64,000 nt of DNA from Lysobacteraceae bacterium (GTDB lineage: Bacteria > Pseudomonadota > Gammaproteobacteria > Xanthomonadales > Xanthomonadaceae): positions 1-64,000 of the forward strand of contig JAEUPQ010000034.1 of the NCBI GenBank assembly GCA_016789405.1. Direction: 5' to 3'. Positions within the stretch are counted from its first letter, which is position 1. The number at the start of each line of letters is the position of its first letter. Of this stretch, positions 42,049 to 52,951 are shown piece by piece. The translations under genes and the position numbers were made by a program. Below the pieces are notes generated by a model. The model was not told the origin of the DNA and did not search any database. It worked only from the letters and a program-made list of their open reading frames with translations.

Positions 42049-44061
42049 ATGCCACGCGATTACAGCAAGACCGAAATCCTCGACATCATCGAGAAGGAAG
42101 CCAAGGAACGCGGCATCCCGCGCGACGACTTCCTGCGCTTCGCCTACATCGAAACCGGCGGCAAGTTCGACGAGACCGCCAGCCGCGGCGAGAAGGGCGC
42201 CAAGGGCCTGTTCCAGTTCACCCCGGGCACCGCGACCGCATACGGCATCCGCGGCCGTGAATTCGACCCCGTGGCCAATACCGACGCGGCCGCCCAGCTC
42301 TACCTCGACAACCGCCAGGCATTGGTCAATCGCCATGCCAAGGATGGACGCCCCTACCTGTCGGGCTCGGCGCAGCCGGATGGCCTGGACATGTACCTCG
42401 CCCACCAGCAGGGCGCCGCCGGTTACCGTTCGATCCAGTCCGCCATCGCCACGGGCGAGTTCAGCCGCGACGACACGCGCCGCAACATCCTGAACAACAT
42501 CAGCTCGAAGGATTTCGAGAAGGTCACCGGCCACAAGTTCGCCGACGTGTCGAAGATGTCGGACCGCGATCTGGCGACCAGCTTCACGGCCTACTGGGAC
42601 AAGAAGTTCGACCGCATCCAGATTCCGGAAAAGAACATCGGCGCGGTCACGCAGGGGAACACGCAGGCGACCACGCCGGCGCAGACCACGCAGACGCCCG
42701 CACAGACACCGGCCCAGACCCAGACGCCTGCGCAGACGCCCGCACAGAGCGGCAAGGGCATCGAGCTCAACGATGCGCATGCGCTCACGCTGAAGTACGA
42801 CCACGTGAAGTACGCCATGAGCGGCAAGATCGCCGGCGTCAGCGGCAAGAATCCGGACCAGGGTTACGTCGACTGCTCCGGCTGGGCGGTGACCCTGCAG
42901 AACGCGACGATGCGCGAGATCAACCGCGAAGCGGGTCGCGAGGTCTTCAGCAAGAGCGAGATGTTCAGTCCCGGCATGGACGGCGCCGCGATGATCGTGA
43001 AGAAGGCCGAGGAACGCTCGGGCGTGATGCTGACCGGTGCGCAGGTCACGCGCGGCGCGCTCAAGGAAGGCATGATCATCGGCGAAGACAACGGCCCGAC
43101 CAAGTGGGACGGCGGCCGTTATAAGGGCATCGACCATATCGTCATGGTCGTGCGCGACCCGAAGAGCGGCGAGCTGATGGTCAGCCAGTCGCGCGGCGGC
43201 GAAGGCGTGGAACTGAGCTCGCTCGACAAGTACCTCGAACGCAAGCAGGCGAACGGCGTGAAGCTCTACGCCACCGACCCGCTGGCCGAAGCGCGCACCC
43301 TGCTGCAGGACCGCAACCAGTCGCAGACACAGGCCACGCCCGCGCAGAAGCCGGCGACCCAGGACGCGCTGGCCGACGGCGTGCTCAAGCGCGGCGAGGA
43401 CGGCGCGGCGGTGAAGCAGTTGCAGACGCAGCTGTCCGACCTGGGCTTCAAGCGCCAGGACGGCAAGCCGTTCAACGCCACCGGGCACTACGGCGACAAC
43501 ACCGTCGCTGCGGTGAAGGAATTCCAGAAAGCCAACAACCTGCCGCCGACCGGCGAAGCCGACGCGGCCACGCGCGAGAAGATCCAGGCGCAGTTGCAGC
43601 AGCGCACCGCGACGCAGGCAACGCCTGCCGAAGCGACGCCGTCGAAGCCCGCGCCGACGCAATCGAACGTGGCGCAGCCTTCGCTGGCCAGTCCGCAGCA
43701 TCCCGACCACGGGCTGTACAAGCAGGCGCTGTCGAACCTCGAACAGCTCGGGTCTTCCGGCGGCTTCAAGTCGCGCGAGCAGATGGAGCAGGCCGCGGGC
43801 GCGCTTGCCGCGGACGCCAAGGCCACCGGCCTCAACCGCATCGACCATGTCAGCCGCAGCAACAACGGGCAGGGCTTCCTGATCGCGGTGCAGGGCGTGA
43901 ATGGCGATCCGGGCCATCCGGCGGCGAAGCATGCCTACATCGACTACACCCAGGCCACGTCGCAGACGCTCGAACAGAGCACGCAGATGGCCAATGCCAA
44001 GTCGGCCGAAACGCCGCAGGTCGCGCAGCAGACGCAGGAAGCGCAGCGCCGCGGACCGTGA
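42049..44061 (+). CDS. multi-domain secreted peptidoglycan hydrolase with a C-terminal XVIPCD-like domain: candidate antibacterial T4SS effector (X-Tfe). Domains: N-terminal lytic-transglycosylase (SLT), TPAQ repeat linker, Cys-peptidase-like region, PG_binding_1 domain, XVIPCD
   Basis: Start MPRDYSKTEILDII at 42049; the track's 44-codon extension is rejected. SLT motif GAKGLFQFTPGTATAYGI. DCSGWAV putative nucleophile. PG-binding repeat LKRGEDGAAVKQLQTQLSDLGF...AVKEFQKANNLPPTG. The C-terminus has GLNRIDHV and FLIAVQG plus the Gln-rich tail QVAQQTQEAQ; motif identity is from memory of published XVIPCD alignments. Confidence 0.7.
   Translation: MPRDYSKTEILDIIEKEAKERGIPRDDFLRFAYIETGGKFDETASRGEKGAKGLFQFTPGTATAYGIRGREFDPVANTDAAAQLYLDNRQALVNRHAKDGRPYLSGSAQPDGLDMYLAHQQGAAGYRSIQSAIATGEFSRDDTRRNILNNISSKDFEKVTGHKFADVSKMSDRDLATSFTAYWDKKFDRIQIPEKNIGAVTQGNTQATTPAQTTQTPAQTPAQTQTPAQTPAQSGKGIELNDAHALTLKYDHVKYAMSGKIAGVSGKNPDQGYVDCSGWAVTLQNATMREINREAGREVFSKSEMFSPGMDGAAMIVKKAEERSGVMLTGAQVTRGALKEGMIIGEDNGPTKWDGGRYKGIDHIVMVVRDPKSGELMVSQSRGGEGVELSSLDKYLERKQANGVKLYATDPLAEARTLLQDRNQSQTQATPAQKPATQDALADGVLKRGEDGAAVKQLQTQLSDLGFKRQDGKPFNATGHYGDNTVAAVKEFQKANNLPPTGEADAATREKIQAQLQQRTATQATPAEATPSKPAPTQSNVAQPSLASPQHPDHGLYKQALSNLEQLGSSGGFKSREQMEQAAGALAADAKATGLNRIDHVSRSNNGQGFLIAVQGVNGDPGHPAAKHAYIDYTQATSQTLEQSTQMANAKSAETPQVAQQTQEAQRRGP
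42661..42752 (+). repeat. imperfect 15-bp tandem repeats encoding (T)PAQT linker repeats inside the effector gene
   Basis: acgccggcgcagaccacgcagacgcccgcacagacaccggcccagacccagacgcctgcgcagacgcccgcacagagc encodes TPAQTTQTPAQTPAQTQTPAQTPAQS. Confidence 0.5.
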
Positions 44062-44098
44062 GCACGACGTTCCCGGGCGCCAACGCGCCCGGGAACGC

Positions 44099-44470
44099 TC
44101 AACCGGCGGCGTAGTGCAGCATCATCATGTAGAGGGCGGCGCCGCCCACGGCGATCGCGACGAACAGCAGCAGCCGCTTCACCGCGACCACGCGCACCTG
44201 CGCCGGCGTCTTTTCGTCGTCTCCGACTGCGTCGAGTGATTCGTCCTCGAACCCGACCGGTTCGCTGCTTTCCCAGTCGTCGACCACCGCGCGCGCAGCT
44301 TCCACGTGTTCGTCTGGCGCAACGACGAACACTTCGGTGTTCGCCGGCAGTTCGCCGACGGCGCCCTGGAGGAATTCGCCCTGCACGAAAGCCGGGATCC
44401 CTTCGGCTTCCATCAGCTGGCGCAGCAGGTGCGCATCGCTGAGATTGGCGGCACGGTAGACGATTTGCAT
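44099..44470 (-). CDS. DUF2007-like small protein with C-terminal TM anchor
   Basis: 123 aa from MQIVYRAANLSDAHLLRQLMEAEGIPAFVQGE (DUF2007-type N-terminus) with a C-terminal hydrophobic helix LLLFVAIAVGGAALYMMML. The track's 82-codon N-terminal extension is rejected. Confidence 0.45.
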   Translation of the reverse strand: MQIVYRAANLSDAHLLRQLMEAEGIPAFVQGEFLQGAVGELPANTEVFVVAPDEHVEAARAVVDDWESSEPVGFEDESLDAVGDDEKTPAQVRVVAVKRLLLFVAIAVGGAALYMMMLHYAAG

Positions 44471-44740
44471 CGGGCTGGATCCTCCGGGAACGGGCACGCT
44501 GGATGAGCTTAGCCCAGCGGCCGCACCGATCGTGCGTGCAGGATGATCCGCTCTTCTCCCGGACTTCGCCTTCAGGGTGTGGCCGCCCCTGCAGCCACCC
44601 GGTTCCGGCGGGCGCGGTCCCGGCACGATCCGCGCACGATCCCGGCACGGACCTGCTTCCCCTTGCGCACGCCTCCGGAGAATTCGCATGGAAGCCCACC
44701 GGATCCTGCTCCACACCTGCCCATCTCCTGGCGAAGATGG

Positions 44741-45472
44741 TCAGCTCGTGCCGATGAACCGCAAACCGACACCCGGTTCCGTTGCGATGTACCTCGGGCT
44801 GGCGGCATCGTCGCCGAGCTTGTGGCGCAACTTGCCGACCAGCACGCGGAGGTAGTGCGTGTCTTCTTCGTGGTCCGGCCCCCAGAGTTCACGGAGGATC
44901 TGCGGCTGCGTGACCACGCGTCCGACGTTGCGGGCCAGCAGCGCGAGCAATGCGTATTCCTTGCGCGCCAGGAGGATCGACACGCCATCGAGCGTGACTT
45001 CCCGGCGGGCGAGGTCGATGTGCAACCGGCCATCATCGAACACCACCGAGCCCTCCAGCGGCGCCGCACGCGCACGCAGCAGGGCGCGAACGCGCGCCAT
45101 CAGTTCCTGGATACCGAAAGGCTTGGTGACGTAATCGTTGGCGCCCGCATCGAGCACCATGACCTTCTCCGCTTCTCCGGATCGCACCGTCAGCACAAGC
45201 ACGGGCGCCTGCGACCACTCGCGCAACTGCCCGAGCACTTCGCGACCTTCCATGTCCGGGAGCCCCAGATCGAGGATCACCAGGTCGGCGCCGTTGGTCG
45301 CGAGTGCGGCGAGGCCGGCCGCACCGTTCTCCGCGAGCTCGACGCGATAGCCCTGTGCACGCAGGCTGATGTCGAGGAAGCGGCGGATCTGCGGCTCGTC
45401 GTCGATCACCAGGACACGAACGGGCGATGCACCGGCAGACACGCCTGTCGTGGGTGCGGGCGCTTTCGTCAT
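44741..45472 (-). CDS. kdpE: OmpR-family response regulator KdpE
   Basis: Receiver domain VLVIDDEPQIRRFL with Asp in LVILDLGLPDMEG. C-terminal winged-helix domain. Overlaps the kdpD stop by 4 nt. Confidence 0.9.
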   Translation of the reverse strand: MTKAPAPTTGVSAGASPVRVLVIDDEPQIRRFLDISLRAQGYRVELAENGAAGLAALATNGADLVILDLGLPDMEGREVLGQLREWSQAPVLVLTVRSGEAEKVMVLDAGANDYVTKPFGIQELMARVRALLRARAAPLEGSVVFDDGRLHIDLARREVTLDGVSILLARKEYALLALLARNVGRVVTQPQILRELWGPDHEEDTHYLRVLVGKLRHKLGDDAASPRYIATEPGVGLRFIGTS

Positions 45473-48138
45473 GGACGGCGTTCGTTGTCCGGCGGCAGGA
45501 TGCGGGGAAGGGTAATACGGATGACGGTACCGCGACGATCCGCATCGACCCCATCGCCCGGCAGCGCCTCCACGCTCCCGCCGTGCGCACCGACCATGCC
45601 CTGCGTGATCGCCAGCCCCAACCCGGTGCCGTGCCCCCCGCGATCGCCACGCTCGACGCTGTAGAACATGTCGAAGATGCGCTTGCGTTCATCGTCGGGA
45701 ATGCCGGGGCCGCGATCACGGACATCGACCTGCAGCGCGCCATCGTCCAGTCGCCGCGCGGAGATCTCGACGGCTTCGCCGGCCGGGGAGAATTTCGCGG
45801 CGTTCTCGATCACGTTGAACAGCGCCTGTTCGATCAGTGCAGGATGCACCCAGATGGGTTCGACGTCGGCGTCGACCTGCACCCTGGCGACGCTGGCGGG
45901 CTGGTAGCGCTGCAGCCGCGACACCGCGGAGCCGATCAGCTCGTCCACGCCGATCCAGTCGCGATTGAGCGCGAGCCCGCCGTGGCCGAGCCGGGTCATG
46001 TCGAGCAGGTTCTGGATGTAGCGGTCCAGGCGTTCGCCTTCCAGGCGCACGGTGTCGAGCAGCGCATGGCGGTCTTCGGGACTCATGGCATCGCCGTAGG
46101 AATCCAGGCTGCCCGCGGCACCGATGATCGAGGCCAGTGGCGAACGCAGGTCGTGCGAAACCGAGGACAGCAATGCGGAACGCAGGCGTTCTGTTTCGCC
46201 GCTGAGTTTCGCGCGCTCGAGATCGGAGACCAGGCGCGTGCGCTGGACCGCGTCGGCGATGTCGGCCGTCATCGCTTCGGCCAATCGGCGCTGCTCCGCC
46301 CCCAGCCGGGACACATGTCCGGGCAGGCGCAGGCCGATCACACCGGCGGGCTTGCCGTCGATCACCAGCGGCAGGAACCACCAGTCCGCATTCGCGAGCG
46401 TGTCGGTGAAGCGACCTGCGGGCTGGCGATGCCGGCATGCCCAGTCGGCGGCGGCGCCATCCTTCTCGCTGAGCGCGAATGCGCCGCCGCGCGGCAGAGG
46501 ATCGTCGCCCACGTGCAGCAGGGCATCGCCATCGATGCAGCGCTGCAGGGCGACGCGTCCTGCTTCCACGACCTGGCCGATGTCCGCCGCGCTCGCGAGG
46601 TGACGACCGAGTGCCTGCAATGCGCCTGCATGCGCGTTGGCCGCACGCAAGGCGACGACCTGGGCGCGCAGCCTGGCCGCGAGCCGGCCGGACACCAGCG
46701 CGGCCACCAGGAACAGCAATACCGTCGCCACGCCCTGCCGTGCACCGATGTAGAGCGTGAAACGCGGCTCGATGAAGAAGAAGTTGTAGGCGAAGAAGCA
46801 CAGCGTCGCCGCAATCACCGCTGCCGCCATGCGCGTGCGCGCCGCGACCACGATGACTGCGACGATGAACACCATCGACAGGTCATCGAGGCCGGCATGC
46901 CTCTCCAGCAGCCATCCGAGGCTGATGGCTGCGGCGGCAGCGACGACCGGCAGCACGAAGTCGGCCCGGGTGAGGCCTCCGCCTGCCTCGCGCAGCGTAC
47001 GCCTGGCGCGGGCGCGGGCTTCCGGCGTGCTGATGATCGTGAGCTCGTAATGCGCACCCAGCTGCAGCAATCGCTGCGTGATCGTCCGGTTGAACATGCG
47101 CGCGATCGGGCGTTCTCGCGTCCGTCCGAGCACGATGGTCGACGCGCCGATGCGCCCGGCGTGATCCAGCAGCGCTTCAACGACGCTGGGGCCATGAAGC
47201 ACTTCGGTCTCGCCGCCGAGACGACGCGCCAGCGCGAACGCACGATCGACTTCCTGCTGCGCCTCCGCCGAGGGCGCGCCGGAGGACTGCACGGTGACCA
47301 CGGTCCATGGCGCATCGCGACGCTCGGCGATGCGGCGCGCCATGCGCACCAGGTACTCGGACTGCCCCAGCCCGTCGATGGCCACCATCACCTGCCGACG
47401 CAGCGACATGCCGGGCAGGCCGCGCGCGGCCTGCGCTTCGCGCAGGTCGCTGTCGACCCGATCGGCCGCGACCTGCATCGCCAGCTCGCGCAGTGCGGTG
47501 AGGTTCGAAGGCGAGAAGAACGCCTGCAATGCCTGCGCCGCGTGCTCGGGCACGTAGACCTTGCCTTGCTGCAGGCGCTCGATCAACTCGCGCGGCGGCA
47601 GGTCGATCAGCTTGATGTCGCGCAGCCGGTCGAACACCAGGTCGGGCACGGTCTCGCTGACGCGCACGCCGGTGATCCGGTGCACCACGTCGTTCAGGCT
47701 CTCCAGATGCTGGATGTTGATCGTGGTGTAGACATCGATGCCCGCATCCAGGAGCTCGATCACGTCCTGCCAGCGTCGTTCGTGGCGGCTGCCGGGCGCA
47801 TTGCGATGCGCAAGCTCGTCCACCAGCGCGACCTGGGGCCTCCGCGCGACGAGCGTGTCGAGATCGAGCTCATCGAGCATGCGCCCGTGATATTCGATCG
47901 ACCGCCGCGGCAGCACTTCCAGACCTTCGAGCATCGCCTGCGTGTCCGCACGGCCATGGGTCTCGACCAGGCCCACGACCACGTCGACGCCCTGTTTCTC
48001 CAAGTCGCGCGCCCGGGACAGCATGGCGCATGTCTTGCCGACGCCCGGTGCCGCGCCGAGGAAGATGGTCAGGCGACCGCCTCCCCACTTCTGCAATTCG
48101 CCGATGAGGGCGTCGGCCTGTGCGCTGCGTTCGGTCAT
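45469..48138 (-). CDS. kdpD: sensor histidine kinase KdpD (KdpD N-terminal domain + Usp + TM + HisKA/HATPase)
   Basis: 889 aa. N-terminal P-loop GAAPGVGKTCAML. Four TM helices. H-box SHDLRSPL. G-boxes DRGPGIPDDE and GTGLGLAI. Confidence 0.9.
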   Translation of the reverse strand: MTERSAQADALIGELQKWGGGRLTIFLGAAPGVGKTCAMLSRARDLEKQGVDVVVGLVETHGRADTQAMLEGLEVLPRRSIEYHGRMLDELDLDTLVARRPQVALVDELAHRNAPGSRHERRWQDVIELLDAGIDVYTTINIQHLESLNDVVHRITGVRVSETVPDLVFDRLRDIKLIDLPPRELIERLQQGKVYVPEHAAQALQAFFSPSNLTALRELAMQVAADRVDSDLREAQAARGLPGMSLRRQVMVAIDGLGQSEYLVRMARRIAERRDAPWTVVTVQSSGAPSAEAQQEVDRAFALARRLGGETEVLHGPSVVEALLDHAGRIGASTIVLGRTRERPIARMFNRTITQRLLQLGAHYELTIISTPEARARARRTLREAGGGLTRADFVLPVVAAAAAISLGWLLERHAGLDDLSMVFIVAVIVVAARTRMAAAVIAATLCFFAYNFFFIEPRFTLYIGARQGVATVLLFLVAALVSGRLAARLRAQVVALRAANAHAGALQALGRHLASAADIGQVVEAGRVALQRCIDGDALLHVGDDPLPRGGAFALSEKDGAAADWACRHRQPAGRFTDTLANADWWFLPLVIDGKPAGVIGLRLPGHVSRLGAEQRRLAEAMTADIADAVQRTRLVSDLERAKLSGETERLRSALLSSVSHDLRSPLASIIGAAGSLDSYGDAMSPEDRHALLDTVRLEGERLDRYIQNLLDMTRLGHGGLALNRDWIGVDELIGSAVSRLQRYQPASVARVQVDADVEPIWVHPALIEQALFNVIENAAKFSPAGEAVEISARRLDDGALQVDVRDRGPGIPDDERKRIFDMFYSVERGDRGGHGTGLGLAITQGMVGAHGGSVEALPGDGVDADRRGTVIRITLPRILPPDNERRP

Positions 48139-48257
48139 GGCATCGGATGGCTCGTGGCGGGCTACGCGTCCGCGCGGCCGCGGGACGAGGGTAATGTAGA
48201 ACGACGCATGCGGATCGGCGACTGTGCGCCATCAACAGCCGCATCGGCATCGCAGGG

Positions 48258-48914
48258 TCACGGTTCCGACTGCAGCGTGTCCAGGGCCAGGTTGAGTTCG
48301 AGTACGTTGACGCGCGGCTGGCCCAGCAACCCGTACTGCGGCGCTTCGACATGCGCATCCACCGCGTTCCGGACCACGGCGACATCGAGGCCGCGCGCCC
48401 GTGCCACGCGCGCCATCTGGATGCGCGCGGCGGCCGGACTGATGTGCGGATCGAGTCCGCCGCCGGATTGGGTCACCAGATCGCCGGGCACTTCGGCCGG
48501 CGAAACGCCTTCGCGTGCGGCGACCGCAGCGACGGCCTCGTTCACGCGCTTGCGCAGTTCGGGGTTGCTGCGCGCCTGATTGCTGCCGGCGGCGGCCATC
48601 GGATCGTAATTCGCTGCGGACGGTCGCGATGCGAAGTAGCGATCGTCGGTGAACGGCTGCGGCACCAGCGCCGAACCGACGACGGTTCCCTCGCGCACGA
48701 TCAGGCTTCCCTGCGCCTGTTCCGGAAACAGCACGCGACCCAGTCCGGCACCGGCGAACGAGTACAGCAGGCCGAAGCAGGCCATCACCACGCACGCGAA
48801 CACGATCGAGGCGCGCCATGCGCCGCCGGGCTGCAGGTGCTCGCCGTTGGCCGCGGATGCGTCAGGCAGGCTTGCCGCGGCAGGGCTGTGGGTGGAATTC
48901 ACGTCAGGCTCCAA
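48258..48914 (-). CDS. kdpC: potassium-transporting ATPase subunit KdpC
   Basis: 218 aa with a single N-terminal TM helix and [20 protein letters not shown] KdpC motifs. Exact start uncertain; possible N-terminal extension. Confidence 0.8.
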   Translation of the reverse strand: MEPDVNSTHSPAAASLPDASAANGEHLQPGGAWRASIVFACVVMACFGLLYSFAGAGLGRVLFPEQAQGSLIVREGTVVGSALVPQPFTDDRYFASRPSAANYDPMAAAGSNQARSNPELRKRVNEAVAAVAAREGVSPAEVPGDLVTQSGGGLDPHISPAAARIQMARVARARGLDVAVVRNAVDAHVEAPQYGLLGQPRVNVLELNLALDTLQSEP

Positions 48915-50979
48915 TGGCGACGAGCGCCAGGTCGATGATCTTGATGGCGATGAACGGCAGGATCACGCCGCCCATGCCGTAGACCAGCATGTTCCGGCGC
49001 AACAGCGACACGGCCGTGGCGGGTTCGAAGCGCACGCCCTTCAATGCGAGCGGGATCAGCGCAGGGATGATCAGCGCGTTGAAGATCAGCGCCGCCAGCA
49101 CGGCGTTCTGCGGATTCGACAGCTGCATGACGTTCAACGCAGCCAGCCGTGGCGCATGTCCATCGACCGCAACCGCAGCGAAGAGCGCCGGCAGGATCGC
49201 GAAGTATTTCGACACATCGTTGGCCAGCGAGAACGTGGTCAGCGCGCCACGGGTGATCAACTGCTGCTTGCCCACTTCGACCACCGCCAGCAGCTTCGCC
49301 GGATCGGAATCGAGGTCGACCATGTTGCCGGCCTCCTTCGCCGCCTGCGTGCCGGAGTTCATCGCGAGGCCGACATCGGCCTGCGCCAGTGCCGGTGCGT
49401 CGTTGGTGCCGTCGCCGACCATGGCGACCAGGCGGCCACCGGCCTGTTCGGCGCGGATGCGCGCAAGCTTGTCTTCGGGGCGGGCTTCGGCGATGTAGTC
49501 GTCGACGCCAGCCTCGGCGGCGATGGCCGCAGCCGTGAGCGGGTTGTCGCCAGTGATCATCACCGTGCGGATGCCCATGGCACGCAGGCGTGCGAAGCGT
49601 TCCTTCACGCCATGCTTGACCACGTCGGACAACTCGACCACACCGAGCACATGCCTGCCTTCCGACACCACCAGCGGCGTTGCGCCACCGCGGGCGACCT
49701 GCTCGATGCGTGCATTGAGTTCCGCCGACACCTCGCCGCCAAGCGCCAGCACATGTCGCGCGATGGCATCGCCCGCACCCTTGCGGATGACGCGTGGCGC
49801 CTGCATGTCCGCGCCGGGCAGGTCGACCCCCGACATGCGCGTCTGCGCGGTGAACTGGATGTAGTGCGCACGCTCGGGATCGGCGATGCCGCTGTGCTGC
49901 TCGCGGGCCAGGCGGACGATCGACTTGCCTTCCGGCGTGGGGTCGGCCAGTGACGACAGCAGCGCGGCATCGCGCAGCTGCTCGCGGTGGATGCCCGCCA
50001 GGGGATGGAAGGCGGTGGCCTGGCGGTCGCCATGCGTGATCGTTCCGGTCTTGTCGAGCAGCAGCACGTCGATGTCGCCGGCGATTTCCACCGCCTTGCC
50101 GGACTTGGCCAGCACGTTCGCCGCGAGCGCGCGATTCATGCCCGCGATGCCGATGGCAGGCAGCAGGCCGCCGATGGTGGTCGGGATCAGGCAGACCAGC
50201 AGGGCGATCAGCAGCAGCGGATCGAGCGCGATGCCCACGAATCCGGCCAGGAACGGCAAGGTGGCGCAGACGATGAGGAACGTCAGCGTCATCGCGGCCA
50301 GCAGCATGGTGAGCGCGATCTCGTTCGGCGTCTTCTGGCGGTTCGCGCCTTCGACGAGCGCGATCATGCGGTCCAGGAAGCTGCCGCCCGGCTCGGCGCT
50401 GACTTCGACGATGATCGTGTCCGACAGCACCCTGGTGCCGCCGATCACGCCACTGCGGTCCGTGCCGGCCTCGCGCAGCACCGGTGCGGATTCGCCGGTC
50501 ACCGCCGCTTCGTTGATGCTGGCGATGCCTTCGATGATCTCGCCGTCGGCAGGAATCAGTTCGCCCTCGCCGACGATCACACGATCGCCGCAACGCAGTT
50601 GCGTGGCGGGCACGCGGGTTTCGTTGCGTTGCGCGTCGAGCCTGCGCGCCACCAGGTCGCGGCGGGCCGCACGAAGCGTCGCCGCCTGGCCTCGGCCGCG
50701 CGCTTCGGCCACGGCCTCGGCGAAATTGGCGAACAGCACGGTCGCGAACAGGACCAGCGTCACCGCCGTTCCGAACACGACCTGCGTGCCCACGACTGCG
50801 GTGATCAGCGCGGACAGGAGCGTACCGAGCAGCACGACCGCGATCACCGGGCTCTTCAAGGCCTGGCGCGGCGCGAGCTTGCGGAATGCCTCGATCATGG
50901 CCGCACGCAGCGCCGCCGCATCCAGGCCCGCCAGCGATCGGCGTGCGGTATCCGCATGGCGGTGGGAATGGTCATTCAT
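48904..50979 (-). CDS. kdpB: potassium-transporting P-type ATPase subunit KdpB
   Basis: 691 aa from [22 protein letters not shown] phosphorylation motif. [28 protein letters not shown]. The track's 86-codon extension is rejected. Confidence 0.9.
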   Translation of the reverse strand: MNDHSHRHADTARRSLAGLDAAALRAAMIEAFRKLAPRQALKSPVIAVVLLGTLLSALITAVVGTQVVFGTAVTLVLFATVLFANFAEAVAEARGRGQAATLRAARRDLVARRLDAQRNETRVPATQLRCGDRVIVGEGELIPADGEIIEGIASINEAAVTGESAPVLREAGTDRSGVIGGTRVLSDTIIVEVSAEPGGSFLDRMIALVEGANRQKTPNEIALTMLLAAMTLTFLIVCATLPFLAGFVGIALDPLLLIALLVCLIPTTIGGLLPAIGIAGMNRALAANVLAKSGKAVEIAGDIDVLLLDKTGTITHGDRQATAFHPLAGIHREQLRDAALLSSLADPTPEGKSIVRLAREQHSGIADPERAHYIQFTAQTRMSGVDLPGADMQAPRVIRKGAGDAIARHVLALGGEVSAELNARIEQVARGGATPLVVSEGRHVLGVVELSDVVKHGVKERFARLRAMGIRTVMITGDNPLTAAAIAAEAGVDDYIAEARPEDKLARIRAEQAGGRLVAMVGDGTNDAPALAQADVGLAMNSGTQAAKEAGNMVDLDSDPAKLLAVVEVGKQQLITRGALTTFSLANDVSKYFAILPALFAAVAVDGHAPRLAALNVMQLSNPQNAVLAALIFNALIIPALIPLALKGVRFEPATAVSLLRRNMLVYGMGGVILPFIAIKIIDLALVAIGA

Positions 50980-50990
50980 GGTTCGACATC

Positions 50991-52775
50991 TCAGTGACTG
51001 GCCAGCGAAAGGTGTTCGGCCACCGGGCCCAGCACCAGCGCAGGCGTGAATTGCAGGACGGTCAGGATCACGATCACCGCGATCAGCGTCAGCGCGAAGG
51101 TCGGCGTTTCGACGTGCAGCGTGCCGCTGCCTTCCGGCGCCGCCCGCTTCTTCGCCATCGAGCCGGCGATCATCAGCGGGATGACCAGTGCCGGATACCG
51201 GCCCAGGGCAAGGACGACGGCACAGGTCAGGTTCCACCAGGCGCTGGCATCACCCAAGCCCTCGAAACCGGAACCGTTGTTGGCGAACGCCGACGTGTAC
51301 TCGTAGAACACCTGGCTGATGCCATGGAAGCCCGGGTTCGTTGTTCCCGTTTCGAAGCCGTCCATGACACCGGGCAGCGCGAGCGTGAGCGCGGTGAAGC
51401 CGAGCACGACCAACGGCTGCAGCAGGACCAGCAGCGCCAGCAGGCGGACTTCACGCGCTTCGATCTTGCGCCCGAACAGTTCGGGCGTTCGCCCGGTCAT
51501 CAAGCCGGCAAGAAACACCGCCAGCAGCAGGTACACCAGGAACTGCTGCAAGCCGCAACCGATGCCGCCCCAGATCGCATTGACGAGCATGTTGCCGATG
51601 CTCACGCCGCTGGTGAGCGGCGCCAGCGAGTCGTGCATCGCGTTGACCGAGCCATTGCTGCTCTGCGTGGTCAGCGCGGCCCAGAGCGCCGATGCGTCCG
51701 CGCCCAGCCGGACTTCCTTGCCTTCCATCAGCGCCGGATCGAGCGCAGTGGACGAATGCCCTTCCGACCAGATCGCGACACCCGTGGATATCGTCGACAT
51801 CAGCAGCATGCTGCCGAACACCAGTGCCGTGAACCTGGGCCGGCGCGCGAGGCGGCCCGCCATGAACGTGACGGCGACCGGAATCAGGATGAGTGCAAGC
51901 GTTTCCAGCAGGTTGGACAGCGGCGTCGGGTTTTCCAGCGCGACCGTGCTGTTCGGCCCGTACCAGCCACCACCGTTGGTACCCAGCTGCTTGGCCGCCA
52001 CCATCGGCGACACAGGTCCCAGCGGGATCTTCTGCGCGTCCATGCCTGCGCTGCTGTCGATCGGCGCGACCGTCGGGCCACCCAGCAGGGTCGAAGGCAC
52101 GCCCTGCCAGGTCAGCAGCAGCGACCACAGCAGGCACAGCGGCAACATGAAGCGCAGCGTCGCGCGCGTCACATCGATCCAGAAACTGCCGACATCGCGT
52201 TCTGCATTCTCCATGCTGGCCGACTGGTGGGTCGCTTGGCGCAAGGATGTCGGCTCATGACCGACCGATGCAGAAAGTGCATCGGTCGAAAGCATGCGCG
52301 CTCGTCCACCGAACAGCCCACGCAGCGTCGCCACGACCAGCGCCAGCCCCATCATCGGCGTCACCACCTGCAGGCCGACGATGCCGACCATCTGCGAGAG
52401 ATAGCTCAGCTGCGCCTGACCCGAATAGTGCTGCTGGTTGGTGTTCGTCAGGAACGACACCATCGTGTGCAGCGCCGTGTCCCAGCGCATGTTCGGGATC
52501 TGGTCCGGGTTGAGCGGCAGCCACGCCTGGGTCATGAACAAGACCCACACCAGCGTGCCGAGCACCAGGTTGGATGACAGGAAGGCCTTGGCGTAGGACT
52601 TCCAGTCCATGCCACCGTCGGGACGGACGCCCAGGGCACGGTAGATCAGCCCTTCGACCGGCGCGAAGAACCGGTCCAGCCAGGACGACTCGGCGCGCAT
52701 GACATGCGCGAGATAGAGCCCGAGCGGCCAGCCGAGGCCGACCGCGAGCACGAAGACAAGAATGGGTTCAGCCAT
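50991..52775 (-). CDS. kdpA: potassium-transporting ATPase subunit KdpA
   Basis: 594 aa. [27 protein letters not shown]-terminus. Multiple K-channel-like selectivity loops ([20 protein letters not shown]). Confidence 0.9.
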   Translation of the reverse strand: MAEPILVFVLAVGLGWPLGLYLAHVMRAESSWLDRFFAPVEGLIYRALGVRPDGGMDWKSYAKAFLSSNLVLGTLVWVLFMTQAWLPLNPDQIPNMRWDTALHTMVSFLTNTNQQHYSGQAQLSYLSQMVGIVGLQVVTPMMGLALVVATLRGLFGGRARMLSTDALSASVGHEPTSLRQATHQSASMENAERDVGSFWIDVTRATLRFMLPLCLLWSLLLTWQGVPSTLLGGPTVAPIDSSAGMDAQKIPLGPVSPMVAAKQLGTNGGGWYGPNSTVALENPTPLSNLLETLALILIPVAVTFMAGRLARRPRFTALVFGSMLLMSTISTGVAIWSEGHSSTALDPALMEGKEVRLGADASALWAALTTQSSNGSVNAMHDSLAPLTSGVSIGNMLVNAIWGGIGCGLQQFLVYLLLAVFLAGLMTGRTPELFGRKIEAREVRLLALLVLLQPLVVLGFTALTLALPGVMDGFETGTTNPGFHGISQVFYEYTSAFANNGSGFEGLGDASAWWNLTCAVVLALGRYPALVIPLMIAGSMAKKRAAPEGSGTLHVETPTFALTLIAVIVILTVLQFTPALVLGPVAEHLSLASH

Positions 52776-52843
52776 GTTCGTTCACCGAAACTTGGAGCGT
52801 GGAGGTGCGCTTTCGATTCCCGCGCGACCGACGGTGCCGTCGA

Positions 52844-52936
52844 TCAGAAATCCTCGGGACGCAGCACCACGTAGAGCAGGTACGCCGCAGCCACGATCAC
52901 CGCGACACCGCAGACAAGGGACAACCAGCCAGGCAT
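52844..52936 (-). CDS. kdpF: KdpF, small hydrophobic subunit of the Kdp complex (30 aa; below the ORF-track size cutoff)
   Basis: Minus-strand ORF MPGWLSLVCGVAVIVAAAYLLYVVLRPEDF ending about 68 nt upstream of kdpA. Single TM helix, as in E. coli KdpF. Coordinates hand-indexed, plus or minus 1-2 nt. Confidence 0.55.
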   Translation of the reverse strand: MPGWLSLVCGVAVIVAAAYLLYVVLRPEDF

Positions 52937-52951
52937 CGTCGTACTCCCGGT

